33,869 nt of DNA. It comes from Azolla caroliniana. Taxonomy: Eukaryota; Plantae; Polypodiophyta. A program made the position numbers and the translations under genes. Shown here piece by piece: positions 21,959-33,869 of the stretch. Under the pieces are notes generated by a model. The model made no database searches and was not told the DNA's origin. It saw only the letters and a list, made by a program, of their open reading frames with translations. The stretch spans positions 1 to 33,869 of the forward strand of contig JBHGNT010000334.1 in the NCBI GenBank assembly GCA_043228905.1, written 5' to 3'. Position 1 is the stretch's first letter. Each line of letters opens with the position of its first letter.

Positions 21959-24900
21959 ATGGGAAGAGGATCCAGAGGATGTGGAAATTCAGATGTTTTT
22001 ATCGGCACCACATTAGTAGATAAGTATGGGAAATGTGGATTACTCAGTAAAGCATACGAAACATTCGAGCTCTTACGTTCCCGAGATGTGGTCGCCTGGA
22101 CTTCTCTCATTTCAGGATATGCTCAACATGGACATGGAAAAGAAGCCTTCCTCTGTTTCGAATCAATGAAATGTGAAGGTCTCTTTCCAAATACCATAAC
22201 TTATGTTTGCATTCTGAATGGATGTAGTAAAATAGGAGTTATCAGTAAAGGTAGAGAGATACATGCTGAGATTGTCCGACAAGGGTTACTGGATAAAAGT
22301 ATCGTGGTTGGAAATGCATTGATCAATATGTATGCCAAAGTTGGTGACCTTAATAATGCAGAAGAAGTGTTTGATGGGCTTCCATATAGGAATGTGATTT
22401 CCTGGACTGCTCTTATTGCTGGATATGCTCAATGCAAACGTGACAAAGAGGCATTAAATTGCTTTGAACGTATGCAATATAGTGGCCTCCCTCCTGATGG
22501 GGTTATTTGGGCGTGTGTTTTACAAATTTATGGAAATAGGAGAGCCATCATCAAGGGAAGGGCAATACATATGGAGGTTGTTAAAAAGGGGTTGTTTGGA
22601 AAAGATGTTTCAACCAATAATGGATTGTTAGACATGTATGCAAAATGTGGGGCAGTCATAGAAGTGCACAAAGTGTTGAAGAGTTTACAAGCAAGGGGCA
22701 TTGTTTCTTGGAATGCAATCATTTCAGGATATGCTGAAAATGAGAATTATGAGGGTATCTTAGACTGTTTCAAGAAGATGCAAGATACAGGAATCCATCC
22801 AGATGCATCAACATTCATTTCCATTTTGAAGGCATGTGGCAATGCAAATGCAATCGATATGGGTAAGAAAATACATGGTGATATTGTTATAACTGGCATG
22901 TTAGAAAGCAATATGTTGATTGGAACTGCATTGATAGATATGTATGGCAAATGTGGTGCCCTTGTAAAAGCAAGAGAAATGTTTGAGCAGCTTCCTGTTT
23001 GGGATGTTGTGTCTTGGACTGCGCTAATTTCTGCATATGCTCAACATGGATGTTGTGAGGAAGCACTGAATTGTTTTAGACAAATGCAATGCGGGGGTTT
23101 CTCTCCAGATAAAGTCACGTATACTTGCATTTTGAAAGTTTGTGGGAGCAGTATGGGTACAGTTCACAATGGCAGAGAGATACATATGCACATTGTCAGG
23201 GAGGAATTTCCAGAAAAAGATGACATGATTAAGAATGCATTGGTAGATATGTATATGAAATGTGGTGCACTCGTGGATGCACAACGATTGTTCAACATGC
23301 TCACAACCCAGGGTGTGGCAGCTTGGAATACAATGATCACAGGTTATGTCCACCATGGATTTCCTGAAATAGCACTTGATTATTTTGAACGAATGAAATG
23401 TAATGGCCTTCCACCAGATTCAGGTACTGTTCGTTATGTTTTGGAAGCTTATAGTGGCAGCTGCTTACAAATATTGGATAAAGGAAAGGAAAGACACATT
23501 GAAATTCTTCATCAGGGGTACCTGAAGAAAGATACTTTAATCGCCAATGCATTATTGGACATGTATGTGAGGTTGCATGCACCTCTTGAAGCACAGGAAG
23601 TGTTCAATAAGATGATGGTTCGAGACATTGTCTCTTGGAACTTATTGGTCATGTCTTACTCTCACTGCGGGTTTAATGCCCACAAAGTACTGGGCTGTTT
23701 TGCACGTATGAAAATTGAAGGCTTTTTACCGAACATAAACACATATGCTTGTGCTTTGAATGCTTGTGGCAACTTAAAGGCATCTCATTATGGCAGAAGA
23801 ATACATGTTCAGATTCTTAAAGAGTGTTTGCTGGAAGAAAAAGATAATGTGGCTGGTAACTCGCTAGTGGACATGTATGGAAAGTGTGGATTTCTTGCAA
23901 AAGCACAACAAGTGTTTGATGCACTTCCATGTAAAAATGTGATCTCATGGACCGCACTCATATCAGCATATGTTCAACATGCACATAGCAAGGAAGCATT
24001 ATCATGTTTTCGGCACATGCAACAAGAGGGTATTTATCCTGATATAGTGACATATAGTTTTATCTTGAAAGCATGTGGCAACATGCAAGCAATCAAAGAT
24101 GGTATAGAAACACACACTAAGATTCTCAGGGAGTGGTTAAGAAAAGATATTTTGGTGGGAAACACGTTGATTGATATGTATTGCAAATGTGGTTTACTGG
24201 CAAAAGCCCAAGAAGTGTTTAATGAGCTTTTAAATCGGGACGCTGTCACTTGGGGCTTGCTAATCTCCGCATATGCTCATTATGGGTACTGTGACTCGGC
24301 AGTGACCTACTTTCAACAAATGGAACTCGAAGGTAGCTTCTCATTGGATTCAATTTCCTATGTTCATGTCTTAAAAGCGTGTGGTAGCATTGGAGCATTT
24401 GATAAAGGAATAGAAATACATGAAAAAATTAAAATACGTAGGGATTTGCATGAAAAGCAGGGTTTAATCGGTAATGCATTGGTGGATATGTATGCCAAAT
24501 GTGGTCAACCTACAAAAGCACAAGAAGCATTTGATCAGCTTTTGAATCGGGATGTAGTTTCATGGACAGCACTGATGGCGGGATATGCCCAAGTCGGGAG
24601 GGATCGCATTGTTCTGGATTCATATGAAAGAATGATCGGAGAAGGTATCAACCCTGATGTAGTCACGTTCACTGTTTTGCTCAATGCATGCAGTGATGCA
24701 GGTCTATTGGATGAAGGAAAGATTTACTTTGAAACAATGATAAGAAGCTATGGTATCATCCCAACACAAGAACATTGCGCATGCATGGTGGATCTTTTCA
24801 GCAGGGCAGGCCAGTTTGACAAGGCATTGGTAGTTATTGAGAGGATGCCAAGATTCGATCATGTTCCTACATGGGCGACTCTGTTGGGAGCTTGTAAGAA

Positions 24901-25039
24901 ATGGGGTTATTTGAAGCTCGGAGAACTAGCTTTTGAACATCTGGTGCAATTGGATGTAAATAATGCTGCAGTATATGTCTCTATGGGTAACATCTATGCA
25001 GCAGGTTTGGCCAGTGAAGAACTTAAGTCACATATTTGA
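21959..25039 (+). CDS. PLS-class pentatricopeptide repeat protein, E subgroup (about 28 PPR motifs, E1, truncated E2, no DYW); probable organellar RNA-editing specificity factor
   Basis: Single 1026-aa ORF with repeating P-L-S triplets (VVSWTALISAYAQ, TY.CILKACG, GNALVDMYAKCG). Terminal P2-L2-S2 (EHCACMVDLFSRAG), E1 WATLLGACKKWG, and E2 start AAVYVSMGNIYA. The true start is uncertain. Confidence 0.95.
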   Translation: MGRGSRGCGNSDVFIGTTLVDKYGKCGLLSKAYETFELLRSRDVVAWTSLISGYAQHGHGKEAFLCFESMKCEGLFPNTITYVCILNGCSKIGVISKGREIHAEIVRQGLLDKSIVVGNALINMYAKVGDLNNAEEVFDGLPYRNVISWTALIAGYAQCKRDKEALNCFERMQYSGLPPDGVIWACVLQIYGNRRAIIKGRAIHMEVVKKGLFGKDVSTNNGLLDMYAKCGAVIEVHKVLKSLQARGIVSWNAIISGYAENENYEGILDCFKKMQDTGIHPDASTFISILKACGNANAIDMGKKIHGDIVITGMLESNMLIGTALIDMYGKCGALVKAREMFEQLPVWDVVSWTALISAYAQHGCCEEALNCFRQMQCGGFSPDKVTYTCILKVCGSSMGTVHNGREIHMHIVREEFPEKDDMIKNALVDMYMKCGALVDAQRLFNMLTTQGVAAWNTMITGYVHHGFPEIALDYFERMKCNGLPPDSGTVRYVLEAYSGSCLQILDKGKERHIEILHQGYLKKDTLIANALLDMYVRLHAPLEAQEVFNKMMVRDIVSWNLLVMSYSHCGFNAHKVLGCFARMKIEGFLPNINTYACALNACGNLKASHYGRRIHVQILKECLLEEKDNVAGNSLVDMYGKCGFLAKAQQVFDALPCKNVISWTALISAYVQHAHSKEALSCFRHMQQEGIYPDIVTYSFILKACGNMQAIKDGIETHTKILREWLRKDILVGNTLIDMYCKCGLLAKAQEVFNELLNRDAVTWGLLISAYAHYGYCDSAVTYFQQMELEGSFSLDSISYVHVLKACGSIGAFDKGIEIHEKIKIRRDLHEKQGLIGNALVDMYAKCGQPTKAQEAFDQLLNRDVVSWTALMAGYAQVGRDRIVLDSYERMIGEGINPDVVTFTVLLNACSDAGLLDEGKIYFETMIRSYGIIPTQEHCACMVDLFSRAGQFDKALVVIERMPRFDHVPTWATLLGACKKWGYLKLGELAFEHLVQLDVNNAAVYVSMGNIYAAGLASEELKSHI

Positions 25040-26513
25040 TATGGAGGCACTGAGCAGTATATTATTAGGTTGATGGCCCTTCTGTTAGTTCTTCTATATG
25101 TTGGGAATAACATCCATTCACATTAAGAAGCTTATAAATTTCGTAACCTATTGGTGATGGAAGATTATGTCATTAGGAGCCATGTATGAAAAAATGTACA
25201 TACTTTGACCGATGGTTACATGAGATGTGATCAAACCTCTAAATAACATTTTGCCCATGAAACTTAAGAGTTGTGCCTCTCATCATTCATTGTTGAGTCC
25301 TAAGTATTGTGGCATCATTTATCTTCCACTTATTAATGAACTGTAATTTATCTGTTTGCATCAACTACTCTTAACACTATCAGTTTGAAGTGTTCATAAC
25401 TAAGGTCTATTATGTAATTAACCTAACAAGGTCCAATTTGTGAGTATGCACGTAGCAGCAATAGTGCCAGGCTGCTATCTATTGTCAAGAACTGCTGACT
25501 AACAACTGCCTCACATCACAAGACCGAGAAATATCAACAATGAGCCCATCTGGTGGAGGGAAATCTACAAGAATATAGGGATGAATTGAAAGAGGTTGAC
25601 TAACGCTTCTTGCCAAGTTGAATCCTCCAACAACATGGTGGAGCCGTTGCTCCAAATTGCTCAATGATAAACAATCACAGCTAAAAAACATACCCCCACC
25701 CTTGATGTTGATACCTCCAGTGTAAAACTCTTAGAATGCCAACATGCTGTTGCTACTACCTGCATTCAAGGCTCAAAGAATGACACCATGACAAATCTGA
25801 CCAAACCAACAAGTCCAATGCTTGGGCTTCTCGAGGGAAGGATGTCATCATCGACCGCGCATATCAGGAATCTTTTGTTTGCAGATCACATCCAACCAAA
25901 TCCCAATGATCATCAATTTCTTTGCACAAATTATGGCAGGCGCGATCACCATCACCACCATGCCAAAGGGCCAGACCACCGAAAGTGTGGAACTGCATCT
26001 TCTGTGAGCTGACCATGAAAGCCTACTTCCTAGATATTGACGAAGTAGCCCACTCTGATCGGAGATTGAGTTACAGGGTGAGGGGAGTTGTGCCTAGCAG
26101 TCTTAGCTGGAACCCACCATTTTGAACAAGATGTACACCAATCTCGACACACAGGTTATGTGTTGAGTCTACCACAGATCAGGAAGTAGAACAACCAATT
26201 GTCGATTGATTGGGAGGTACATGCACCCTTGGATGGTCTGCACGCTGACATCACCACCACTCCTATAGTTAGTTATGTAGCTTCACACAGTGCATTCTTG
26301 AAAAACTACCATACATTCACAGTATCATATTTGTGGTGACACATAAGCAATTCCTCTAATGTGTCTACATGAGTGCCGTTGTTTTGAATCTTGATGTTTC
26401 ATCTTCAATGTCCAATCTGGGGCATGCGTTGTTTTGGATTTACCGTGTTTGAATAACTTTACTCTTAAATGCATGTGTGTAAAACTTAAGAACTTGGAGG
26501 TTGTATGGCATGT

Positions 26514-26938
26514 CCAATTGTTTTAGGGAAAGATTTCATTCCTTTTAGTGCATATAGCTCATCATGGTTGATTGCATTTTTGTTGTCTCCTTTAGGGATA
26601 TCATCGACCTCATTCCCTACAATATGTCCAATGCTTCTATTGTGTCTCCATTGAATAACACTTTCCCGTCATTGATGTCATTAACATATTGAACCAATTG
26701 TCTAATGTAGGAAGAGATTTTGTTCCTTTTAGAGCTGCATCGTGCATATAGCTCATCATGGTTGATTCTTTTACATTTTTACCAAGGTTGAATTTCTGTT
26801 AGTTTCCTTTTGGATTTGTTTCTATGTAAAGGGATGTCATTGACCTCATTCTCTACATATGTCCAATGCTTCTATTATGTCTCCATTAACTGATAATTTC
26901 CCTTCATTATTAATTAGCGCAATTATCATATTTAACCA
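26514..26938. repeat. Diverged local duplication (about 180 and 245 bp)
   Basis: Blocks gtgcatatagctcatcatggttgatt and gacctcatt...atatgtccaatgcttctatt.tgtctccatt each occur twice in the same order. Confidence 0.8.
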
Positions 26939-28180
26939 TGTAACACCTATTTTAGCTTACAAATGTTTTGTTGTTGACTTTGGCGTAATAGTGATATTGC
27001 CCTAACATTAATATTCTTTAGCTCTTCATAGTTGTCTTCTTGCTCTACATTAATATTAGATTTCACCCTCCTATCTTCTTGTAGGCGTAGACTTGGGTAC
27101 CAATTTTAAATGCTAATTTTAACATAATTAAGGGTAGGATAAGTGACCACAAGAATAGTTGGACTTGAAACAACCCATAAGGATTTAGGACACATGACTG
27201 CATCAGCCTGCATGTGATGTCTAGCAGCCTAGGAAATTCAAATATATTAATAAGACTAAGTACTCCTCTCCCCCCCCCGCTTTAAACAACTCAATTGCAA
27301 TGTAGAGAATCAGTTGGCGAGAAAAAGTTCTCTTATTTTGGATCAATAGTCGGGTTGATTTGTAGGGCATAATGCTGGGTTGAATTCAATGGTATGAAAT
27401 GCTAATGGGGTTTTGTAGTTCTTATATCTCATGCTGAAGGACGCTTGGTGTGTAAAAGCACCCTTAATCCATTATGTTTCTTTGATCTTTCACCAAAACA
27501 AAATCCTTTTTCCAATATAAACTTGTCTTCAATACAACATTTCCAAATATGGCTTTTCACATCATTCTTCTTGGTATACCTCAATACTTAGTTTCTTATT
27601 CGAATCACGAGCTACAAAATATATAGTATATATCATCACTTCAAATTTAGTTCCTTGGATATTCTAGGCTATAGAGGTCTCTTTTACAAAGAGTGTCATT
27701 TCTTCTCTTGCATTTCATTCATTCACTGAATATTGGAACCACTTGACTTGAAAAACCATGCATGTACTAATAACTTGATGTTGTTTGGAAAATTCATTCA
27801 AACCAAGATGTTTAAGATCACTATGAATTCCAAAAATTGAACGCATATATAATGAATGTTGATTTCCCCTAGAGAGTAAAAAATAAAAACAAATTCAAAA
27901 TTTGTGTCCTGTTATCATTTCTGAAGAGAGACTATCACAAGAGAGCCACAGTTCAGGAGGATGTCGCAAAAAAAAAAAACTTTTTCTATGAACTATTTGG
28001 TATACAGGATTTCTTCATTTACAAGCGAGAGCTCGAATTAGCTCCTCATGCCCAAAAGAATTTGAACGTTAATACTTTTACACTAATTATATTACAAAGG
28101 AGACTGAATAACGCCTTTTCTGCTTTCAAAGATCAGCCTCCAGCTTAACTACTCAGTAAGGCAAAATAAACTTTTAAGAA

Positions 28181-31100
28181 TTATAGGTGATGCTTCTTTA
28201 GTCTCAATCGATCAATATTACTGCTCTGTCTACGTCTACCGACTTTTGAATCATAATTCTCATCATCAGAATCAGCAAAATTAGCATCATCCAAATAATC
28301 ATCATCATAATCATCGCCACTATATGCCTCATTTTCTTCAAAAGGAATCGGCTTTATACTACCCATGGGAAAGCTTCTTCTGTGAGACGAGCGTAAACTG
28401 GCTACACGACCTTGAACTTGGGACTCCAAAGGTTCAATGTGGTGCCCTGGAGGGAGGGAAGCTCGATTCCTTTTCTTTGATGAGTTGCTTATGTAGGTGG
28501 AATAATCCATTGAATCTTCTTTTAGAAGTCTCTTAAAAACCTACATTCAACAGTCAATGATTAATGATATGCACGAAGGAATATAAACAGCATTTTGATG
28601 GCTCTCTTGTGCAGTCATCGATATAATATCCCAGTCAGTACAGCCAAAGTTACCATGGAAAACTTAATATATGGTAGGTTATTTCTGATACAAAGTTATT
28701 TCTCTAATGAAACAATTCTCCAGCCAGGATTCCGTTTTCTGTTAAACCCTATTGAGCACAGTTCGCTCCAGGATTAAGTAGTTGTGATCACAAGGTAATA
28801 AAAATCATCTACCATTATGGAGATCAACTTCCATCATGCTTTCTGATCTTTATTTTCAAACTGACTTTCTTACGTTGACCAGCAAGAATTTCTATTTCTA
28901 TACTAATACTGGTTTATATCATTGATGAAAACATACTACAGAAGAAAACCCTGAAGGAAACCACTGAACATCAGGGGAATTGACACACAAGTACCTGATA
29001 CTGCTCCAACATTTGTTTGACTGTTTTGGTTACATTGGTTAGAATCTCTTTACAGCTGAATTCTTTGACATTCTGCTTTGACAAAGTCTCTCCAGGCTTA
29101 ATGGGCTCTGTTGGTGTGAATGCCTGAAAATCAAACAATCAATCTCTCTTTACTTTTATATTTACGGAGTAATATTTATTTTATTTTGATTTGTTGATTT
29201 GTTGTTCTCAAAGACGAAACAACACTTAAGATGTAATCTCTTGTTTGGTCTTATAGGCCATTTTGGCCTCTTAAAAGACGTTAATATATCTTTCTTACTT
29301 TCTTTCTTTCTGGAAAAGTATATTCACAATATCAATGTCAAATATCAGGGCACTGCATCAGTTGCAAATATCACATTGGGGAAGGGATATATTGTATTGT
29401 TTGAATTACGATACCCCAAACAGATGGTCTACTGGAATCATGGATGCATCTTGCTCTTTGGATAGCTACCTAATCAGTGTGTAGAACCAACCATTCCGAC
29501 GTTTTTAGTATGCATTACATACTTAATAGGGCAAAACACCAATATTCCTAACTTTTTGTTTCTTCGTCCCATTAAGAAGAGGAAGAAATTAGAACTTGTT
29601 ACATGATTCACAAATTTGTACGTAATACAGCATATGCCTTACAAAAACTCCAAAAACGCCAAGGATTGATTAATTGTCCAGATGCAAGAAGCAACAGCGA
29701 GTGCAGAGTAAGCATACAAATGAGCATAAAGAAATCATTCTCAATTATGTGATAGCAAGGGAAAGAAAGAAACAATGCTGAAATATAAAATCAAGAAAGA
29801 GAAAGGTTGAATTACGTGATTACTTCTCTTACCTGACAACGAGCATCATTGAGATTGTACATTATTTTTACATGTCTCTTTAATCGCAGCAATAATGCCA
29901 ACGCCGCTGCTGCTACACACTCTTCCTGAAAAATAACATCATATGCATTAAGAAAACTACAAATCAGATGCAAAGCTACATTGGAAAGAGAATTACAATT
30001 CCTAAAAGAGGATAGTTCCTTTATGGTATGGGAATAATTGACAAAAGAATATAGCTATCTAAGTGACAGGTTTGGGAATTGAGAATGCAATTCAGACAAT
30101 CCACAGAAAAAAGATATGATAGTTAATCACCCTCAGCTTTGAAACTGCGACTTCTGGAATTCCATCAGTATCATCAACAAGAGTTTCTTCAGTCTTCTGA
30201 ACCTTCACAGTATCCAGATTGTAGGCATTTTCATTTTCTTGTTCACGTTGGACGGCTATAGTTTCTATGGCTTTCTTTGCAACAGCCCCAAGAGGGCCTT
30301 CGACTATTAATGACTTAATGTTTGCTTCAATTGCCCCTGCTCGTACTTGCACCATTCGATTTATGGTATATACGAGGTATAATGGTTCATCAGGTAACGT
30401 AAAAGGTAATGAACCAAGAATCTCCGTGCAATACCTGAAAAAACAAAAGATAAGATGTGATATTTTGGGTGACCACTTTTTTAACTACACTACAGCAAAA
30501 AGAAAAAACTGAAAATTATTTCCAATAAGTTACCTAGATTCACTCATATAAATCATATACAGCACAAAAATAAAAATACAAAACGTTAAAACAGAGGCTT
30601 ACAAACACATTCAATGAAGAGAAACAAGAGAACATACACAAGAAAAGAAAGTGACAAATGACCCCAGGTAGAAACATCGAATTTCCGAACAACAGATGAA
30701 ATGAACTTGTTTCGGGATATCCGACTGCCACGAATAAGTTTATAAGCCCGACTTATTCCTGCCTTAGCTGAGAATGCTGAAGTTGCATCCAATTTGCTTC
30801 TTAAATTGCCAGGTGTTTTGGGTGTAACTTGTGTTTGAGGTGATGTGGACGCACCAGATTGTATAAATTTAAAAGAAAGCTGAAGCCCATCTCCTAGCCG
30901 ACTTTCAAAAAACGAAGGATACCTAGCCAAAAGCTTTTTATGTCACAACAATACATTGCTTAAAAAAGCTTAACACCATAATTAGAATGCTCAGAATTAT
31001 ACTTCTCATTCATTTGAGACAATAACCGGTGAGCAAGCTTAGAATTAGCTTCTTGTTGATCCACTTCAAGTGCTATCAAGTGTGGCACGCAAGTCATTGG

Positions 31101-33444
31101 ATGGACTAAACCCTGCCGCAAAACTATTTCAATCACCTACACAACCAAGACATTCAGTTGACTGCTGTGATAAGAAAACCTCATTGATGAAAAATAATTC
31201 AGTAAATCAAAACTCTTACCTTGACTGCAGCATGTCTGACCTGATCATTGATATCTAGACATTGTTCTAAGATATAGTCCCAATGTAGCTGAATAATACC
31301 TCCACAAATGTTACTATCACCTGCTCCTGCTGCCACAGGAACAATGCCAGAATCTTGTTTAGGTTTACTTGATAAATCATCTCCAACTTCACCAACTCCC
31401 ATCTTTTCTTCAACATCAGCTAGGTAGTCATAAAAATTCCTCAGAGTTTGTATCTGCAAGGTGAATAATGCAAATACAGCAAGCCTTTGATACTATGTAA
31501 AAATAGAACAAAATTGATCTATGATGCATCAGGAACTTAACCTTTTCGGTATAGTGAAAAACACGTGCTAATTTACCTTAATCCGCGAATCAGCAGAAGA
31601 AGAGAGTGTAGCCTCAATCATTTTCCCCGTGTCCTTATCCATCATAAACTCTGGCCTTGCAATAAAGAAAAAACCCAGAGCCTGCAATTTTTTCAGTTAC
31701 AAGACTGTTAGATATATTATGTATTTCCATCCTTGACATCAAAATCAGAAAATGTAAACCTGTAATATACCTGAAGTGACCGAGCCTTCACATCAAAATC
31801 ATCAGATAAAAGATAATGTTTAAATAGAGAGAGTAATTGCTCCACATTTGTCTCCTTATCATTCATAGAATCTATCATGTTAGCACCATATCTTGCTAGC
31901 AGTCCAAGGCAAAATAGACAACGCAACACATTCTGCCAGTCACAATGTTGTGAGCATACTTTATTGACATTCACTTTTGTTTTTAAAAATCAACAGATTA
32001 CTGTCTGAAAAAGAGTAATTATAAATTTCAAAAATCTTTATTTCTAGTCTCCATTGAAACTTTGGCTGAAGCCCGAAATTAAATTATTAAAGGAAGGAAC
32101 TCTTATCCCACACATTAAATTAATTTAGTTTTAATCAATACGTGATGTTAAACATCCTAAGAGATTATACCATAATCTCAGTGAAATAGCCTCTTCTTTG
32201 TATTTCATTTCTATTCAGCATATTTAATATCAATGAACAGATGCTATTATGTGACTTTCACATTTCCCTTTGTTGTCACCCATAACAGTACACAATTTAG
32301 CCTCTTTTGATGGAAAACTTGGATGTAAATTCACATTAGTTTACATCCAATTTTATACATAAAATATGAAATAGCTATAGTATGTATGTTAGTATCGGAA
32401 TTGCACATGCAAATAAATAAAAAGAGCATTGGTTTCCTCACAGGCTTTTCTGAGGGTCCAAAACGGTTTTTCCGCCAACTATCTAGCAACTTGAAGAATT
32501 TGTGGACCAGAAATTCAAACGAAGAGAGTCCTTTTGCAGCTACCATCCCTAGTGTACATAAGCATCTGCATAGAAAACTCTGAATATCAATGTTAATGAG
32601 AACATATTACGAAAGGAGATTGCATTAACACAATTAGAAACATTACTTGATGCATGCATGTACTACAGTAAGAAAAGAATAACGAACAATAAGCTGCCTC
32701 AAATCTCGTTCAAGCTCTTCAACAAAATTCAGAGAAGGCCTCCGTAGCAAGGGCAGAACTGTATCTATCACAAATACAATACTCTGAAGTAGCTGAGCAA
32801 CATCTCTATTGTCAATCTGCATTAGAGTAAAATAGTGGATGGTAAAAAAAACTGCAACAAATCACAGATCTAGTTTGCAGGCAGAGGATGAAAAACTAGA
32901 AAAGAAATCACTCCTCGCCTGTGTCTTTAAGTAAGTTTGTAAAGTAACTGCATAACGTGATGGATCAGCAGCAGGTGCACATAAGGTTGGATCTACCATG
33001 CAGAATGAATGCAAGCCAAGAACATAAGGTAAAGCTCTTGTTTCTGCATCTTCACCATTTCTTTCCTCAGCCTATACAAAGATAATAAGTAAGAACACAT
33101 CAAAAGGAAAACAAAAATGACAAACTTCAACATAGTACTCAAACCTTCAGAATGTCCTCTATTAAGCATTTACACATTAACTCGCAACGGTTTCTGACAG
33201 TAGCTTGCGAAACCAAGGTTGAAGCTGAATTCTTGGTAGTTTGGGGAATAAAATCCAATGCCAAGCTCCTTTTGATGATAGTTACCATCGCTTGAGGATT
33301 TTGCAAACATTTGAGGACATCGACTAGCTGTTGAACACGCTCCGATATCTCAGAAGGAATGCTACTACTATCTCCAACTTGATAAATATATTGATTACCA
33401 GGCTCCTCAAACCATATTTCATAGAATGTTCTACATACAAGATC
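28181..33444 (-). CDS. SCC2: Cohesin loader SCC2 / Nipped-B-like, last 13 coding exons (about 850 aa); 5' part lies beyond the window
   Basis: Exons 33444-33145, 33071-32919, 32816-32647, 32565-32442, 31932-31771, 31681-31577, 31453-31220, 31136-31003, 30922-30638, 30434-30131, 29925-29833, 29123-28995 and 28540-28181 total 2553 nt in frame. Motifs [77 protein letters not shown] and [11 protein letters not shown] are those of plant SCC2. Confidence 0.95.
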
Positions 33445-33869
33445 CTGTATAGACAATAAGAATGAAATCTAGCATCAACATTTGACAAACAGATTTGATT
33501 CAGAGACCCAGTCCTATAAATTTTCAAGAACAGGAAATAAAGAATCAATGTTGAAATAGTTTGCATGATATATAGTATAATATGCAAGACTCTCAGTTAG
33601 TGGCCAAACAATATCTCCTGATCAACCTCATGAAAACTCTGAATATATGAGGCAGAGGTGGATTTCAGACCATTTTTAAATAGTAACCCTGAACATACCA
33701 CCAGTTCAACTGTAGCACCTAGAAACAATCTATTTTATATCCATGAATATCTTGACGGCATATGGAAACAGAAATGAATACACCAGATTAATATAGTGCA
33801 TATTGAAGTGCACTTAAACATGCATACATATATAATAGATCATGCTAGAGAAAGAAAGTGACAGAAACG

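Noticed and set aside
22528-24249. Minus-strand ORFs within the PPR gene
   Set aside because: Antisense shadows of the repetitive PPR coding sequence.

Overview
Eukaryotic nuclear DNA from a land plant. The PPR motif style and the LINE and MULE types suggest a fern, but that is inference only. The first 8 kb is a stack of dead transposons: an L1-type LINE ORF2 remnant (1-2540), a degenerate Mutator/MULE transposase (about 2826-3940), and a 2.85-kb internally deleted Ty1/Copia element with both LTRs, PBS, PPT and a near-perfect 5-bp TSD (5056-7901, minus). Three host genes follow. These are a complete 5-exon DUF248/PMT-family SAM methyltransferase (minus, 11330-14023), an intronless 1026-aa PLS-class PPR with E1 and a truncated E2 but no DYW (plus, 21959-25039), and the last 13 exons of the cohesin loader SCC2/Nipped-B-like (minus, 28181-33444, continuing beyond the window). 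Intergenic DNA holds microsatellites, several local tandem duplications and one near-perfect 105-bp foldback. I found no convincing new multi-gene system. The best leads are the foldback hairpin, the PPR lacking both a targeting peptide and a deaminase domain, a GC-AG intron in SCC2, and the deleted Copia with asymmetric LTRs sitting in a tRNA-like site. Exon boundaries were read by hand and give continuous reading frames.
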